In this document: in pieces, positions 62,256 through 64,000 of the stretch | How the letters are laid out: each line of letters begins with the position of its first letter | Numbering within the stretch: position 1 is the first letter of the stretch | Assembly (NCBI GenBank): GCA_963762255.1 | Contig: CAVXKA010000002.1 | Location: forward strand, 256,001-320,000 | Origin: Candidatus Eiseniibacteriota bacterium | Lineage (GTDB): Bacteria > Eisenbacteria > RBG-16-71-46 > JABDJR01 | DNA: 64,000 nt | Reading direction: 5' to 3' | Notes under the pieces: generated by a model | What the model saw: the letters and a program-made list of their open reading frames with translations, nothing else | Told to the model about the DNA's origin: nothing | The model's database searches: none | Position numbers and translations under genes: made by a program

Positions 62256-63485
62256 CTACGGCTCCCGGATCGACTGCACGGGATCGAGGAGCGCCGCCTT
62301 CCACGAGGGGTACAGCGTGGCCAGCGAACTCAGCCCGAGCACCACGACCATCACCATCAGCACGTCCAGGGCCTCGATGCGGATGGGGAGCGTGCTGAGG
62401 AAATAAACATCGGGCGGAAGGTTCAAGGGGTAGCGATCCAGCGCCCAGGCGCCGACCAGGCCGAAGACGGTGCCGAGCCCGGTCCCCAGCACCCCGATCT
62501 CCACGCCGTTGGCCATGAAGATGCGCAGAATCGCCCCGTCGCTCGCCCCCATCGACTTGAGGACGCCGATCTCCTTGCGCTTCTCGATGACCATCATGAT
62601 GAGCACGCCCACGATGTTGAACGCGGCCACCAGCACCACCAGGAGCAGGATGAGGCTCATCCCGGCCTTCTCCAGCTTCATCCATACGAAGAGGTTTTCG
62701 TTGAGATCGATCCATGTATTGATCCGGTATGGATATCCGCCAAGCGCCCGCAGCACCTCCGTCTTGAGCCGGGGGGCCTCGAACGGGTCCGCAATCCGCA
62801 CCTCGATGCCGGTGGTCGCCCCCCCCAGCCGGTAGAACTTCTGCGCCTCGCGAACATCGATGAAGGCCAGCGACGAATCGTATTCGTAGAGCCCGGAGGT
62901 GAAGATGCCGGCCACGCGGTGCTTGCGGAGCTTGGGCAAGAGCCCCAGCGGCGACGCCGTGGCGTCGAAGGGCGAGGCCAGCACGACCTCGTCCCCCACC
63001 GACGCGCGCAGCCGGTCGGCGAGGCTCCGCCCCAGGATGATGCCCGGCGCTTCCCCATCCACTGTCCGCAGCGACACCAGCGGCGGGCTCACGTTGTCGG
63101 CCACGGTCGTCACCGCGCGCTCGGCCTCGAGATCGATCCCCTTGACGATCACCCCGTCCGAGCGATCCCCCGCACGCAGCAGACCCTTGCCGTAGACGAA
63201 GGGGGCGACTCCCTCCACCCCCGGCACCGCGGCGATGACCGCGGCGACCGAGTCGGGCCGGGGCACGATGTCCTGGTCGTGGCGCAGCACGATGAGCGCG
63301 GCGTTGGTGCCGACGATCCGCCCGCGCACCTCCTGCTCGAACCCGTTCATCACCGAGAGCACGATGATGAGCACCGCCACCCCGATCGCCACCCCCGCCA
63401 CCGAGATCCAGGTGATGAGCGAGATGAACCCGGTGCGCTTCTTGGAGCGCAGGTAGCGATCGGCGACGAAGAGTTCGAATCGCAT
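62256..63485 (-). CDS. lolE: Lipoprotein-releasing ABC permease LolC/E
   Basis: RYLRSKK..GFIS.I..IS..GVAIGV..LI.VLSVMNGF, VAAFNI, EIGVLKSMGA, ATLYPS. Confidence 0.93.
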   Translation of the reverse strand: MRFELFVADRYLRSKKRTGFISLITWISVAGVAIGVAVLIIVLSVMNGFEQEVRGRIVGTNAALIVLRHDQDIVPRPDSVAAVIAAVPGVEGVAPFVYGKGLLRAGDRSDGVIVKGIDLEAERAVTTVADNVSPPLVSLRTVDGEAPGIILGRSLADRLRASVGDEVVLASPFDATASPLGLLPKLRKHRVAGIFTSGLYEYDSSLAFIDVREAQKFYRLGGATTGIEVRIADPFEAPRLKTEVLRALGGYPYRINTWIDLNENLFVWMKLEKAGMSLILLLVVLVAAFNIVGVLIMMVIEKRKEIGVLKSMGASDGAILRIFMANGVEIGVLGTGLGTVFGLVGAWALDRYPLNLPPDVYFLSTLPIRIEALDVLMVMVVVLGLSSLATLYPSWKAALLDPVQSIREP

Positions 63486-63491
63486 GGCGGG

Positions 63492-64000
63492 TTACGCGTC
63501 GGCCGCGGGCGCGGTCTCCTCTTCGGAGTCGTCGGCTTCGCCTTCGGCAAAGAGCCCTTCCTCCGGGCGAAGCTGCGGGAAGAGGATCACCTCACGAATG
63601 TTCACCGCGCCGGTGGCGACCATGACCAGCCGGTCGATGCCGATCCCCACCCCGCCGGTGGGCGGCATCCCGGTCTCCAGAGCCCGCAGGTAATCGGTGT
63701 CGGTGGGCTGCGCCTCCTGATCCCCTTGCTCGCGCAACTCGGCCTGCAAATCGAAGGCGGCCTGTTGCGCGGCGGGATCGTTCTGCTCGCTGAACGCGTT
63801 GGCGATCTCCATCCCCGCGACGAACAGCTCGAAGCGCTCCACCATCCGCCGCCCGGAGCGATGCCGCTTGGCCAGCGGCGAAAGCTCGAGCGGAAAGTCG
63901 GTCACGAAGGTGGGCTGGATGAGGTTGGCCTCCACGGTCTCCGAGAAGATCTCGTCGATGGCCTGCGCGATCCCTAACTTGCCTTTGAGGTCGATGCCGA
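63492..64000 (-). CDS. lysS: Lysine-tRNA ligase (C-terminal part; starts outside the window)
   Basis: [49 protein letters not shown]. Confidence 0.95.
   Translation of the reverse strand, partial: GIDLKGKLGIAQAIDEIFSETVEANLIQPTFVTDFPLELSPLAKRHRSGRRMVERFELFVAGMEIANAFSEQNDPAAQQAAFDLQAELREQGDQEAQPTDTDYLRALETGMPPTGGVGIGIDRLVMVATGAVNIREVILFPQLRPEEGLFAEGEADDSEEETAPAADA

Overview
High-GC diderm bacterial chromosome segment. Gene content (LpxC-FabZ fusion; mcsA-mcsB-clpC next to bamA; secreted proteins ending in an SWGRVK motif or a T9SS/FlgD-like tail) suggests an FCB-group lineage such as Ca. Eisenbacteria, which is inference only. Left to right: a GT-C-like membrane protein and a glycoside-hydrolase-like lipoprotein; a decayed DUF1156 defence-island remnant beside tRNA-Arg(CCT); a surface-glycan locus (asnB, flippase, GT4, multi-pass proteins, gmd, fcl, GT2) with three single-base frameshifts; then a long, mostly minus-strand housekeeping run from ycaQ to lysS, including sigma factor, surE/pcm, der, miaA, mutL, lon, nadB, lipid A genes, skp, bamA, clpC, mcsBA, lolD/lolE and three more tRNAs. 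The most unusual element is a ~4 kb opposite-strand insertion between lolE and lolD. It carries a secreted protein and a DUF222-like HNH nuclease gene marked by four copies of a TCACCCGGGTGA-core palindrome, one of which supplies the stop codon. A ~100-bp direct-repeat pair and a nested hairpin follow the gene. A near-consensus promoter with a poly-G spacer points out of the insert into lolD. An exact 18-bp copy of the upstream palindrome lies 30 kb away in the 3' end of miaA. All calls come from reading the sequence and recognising motifs; no database searches were run.
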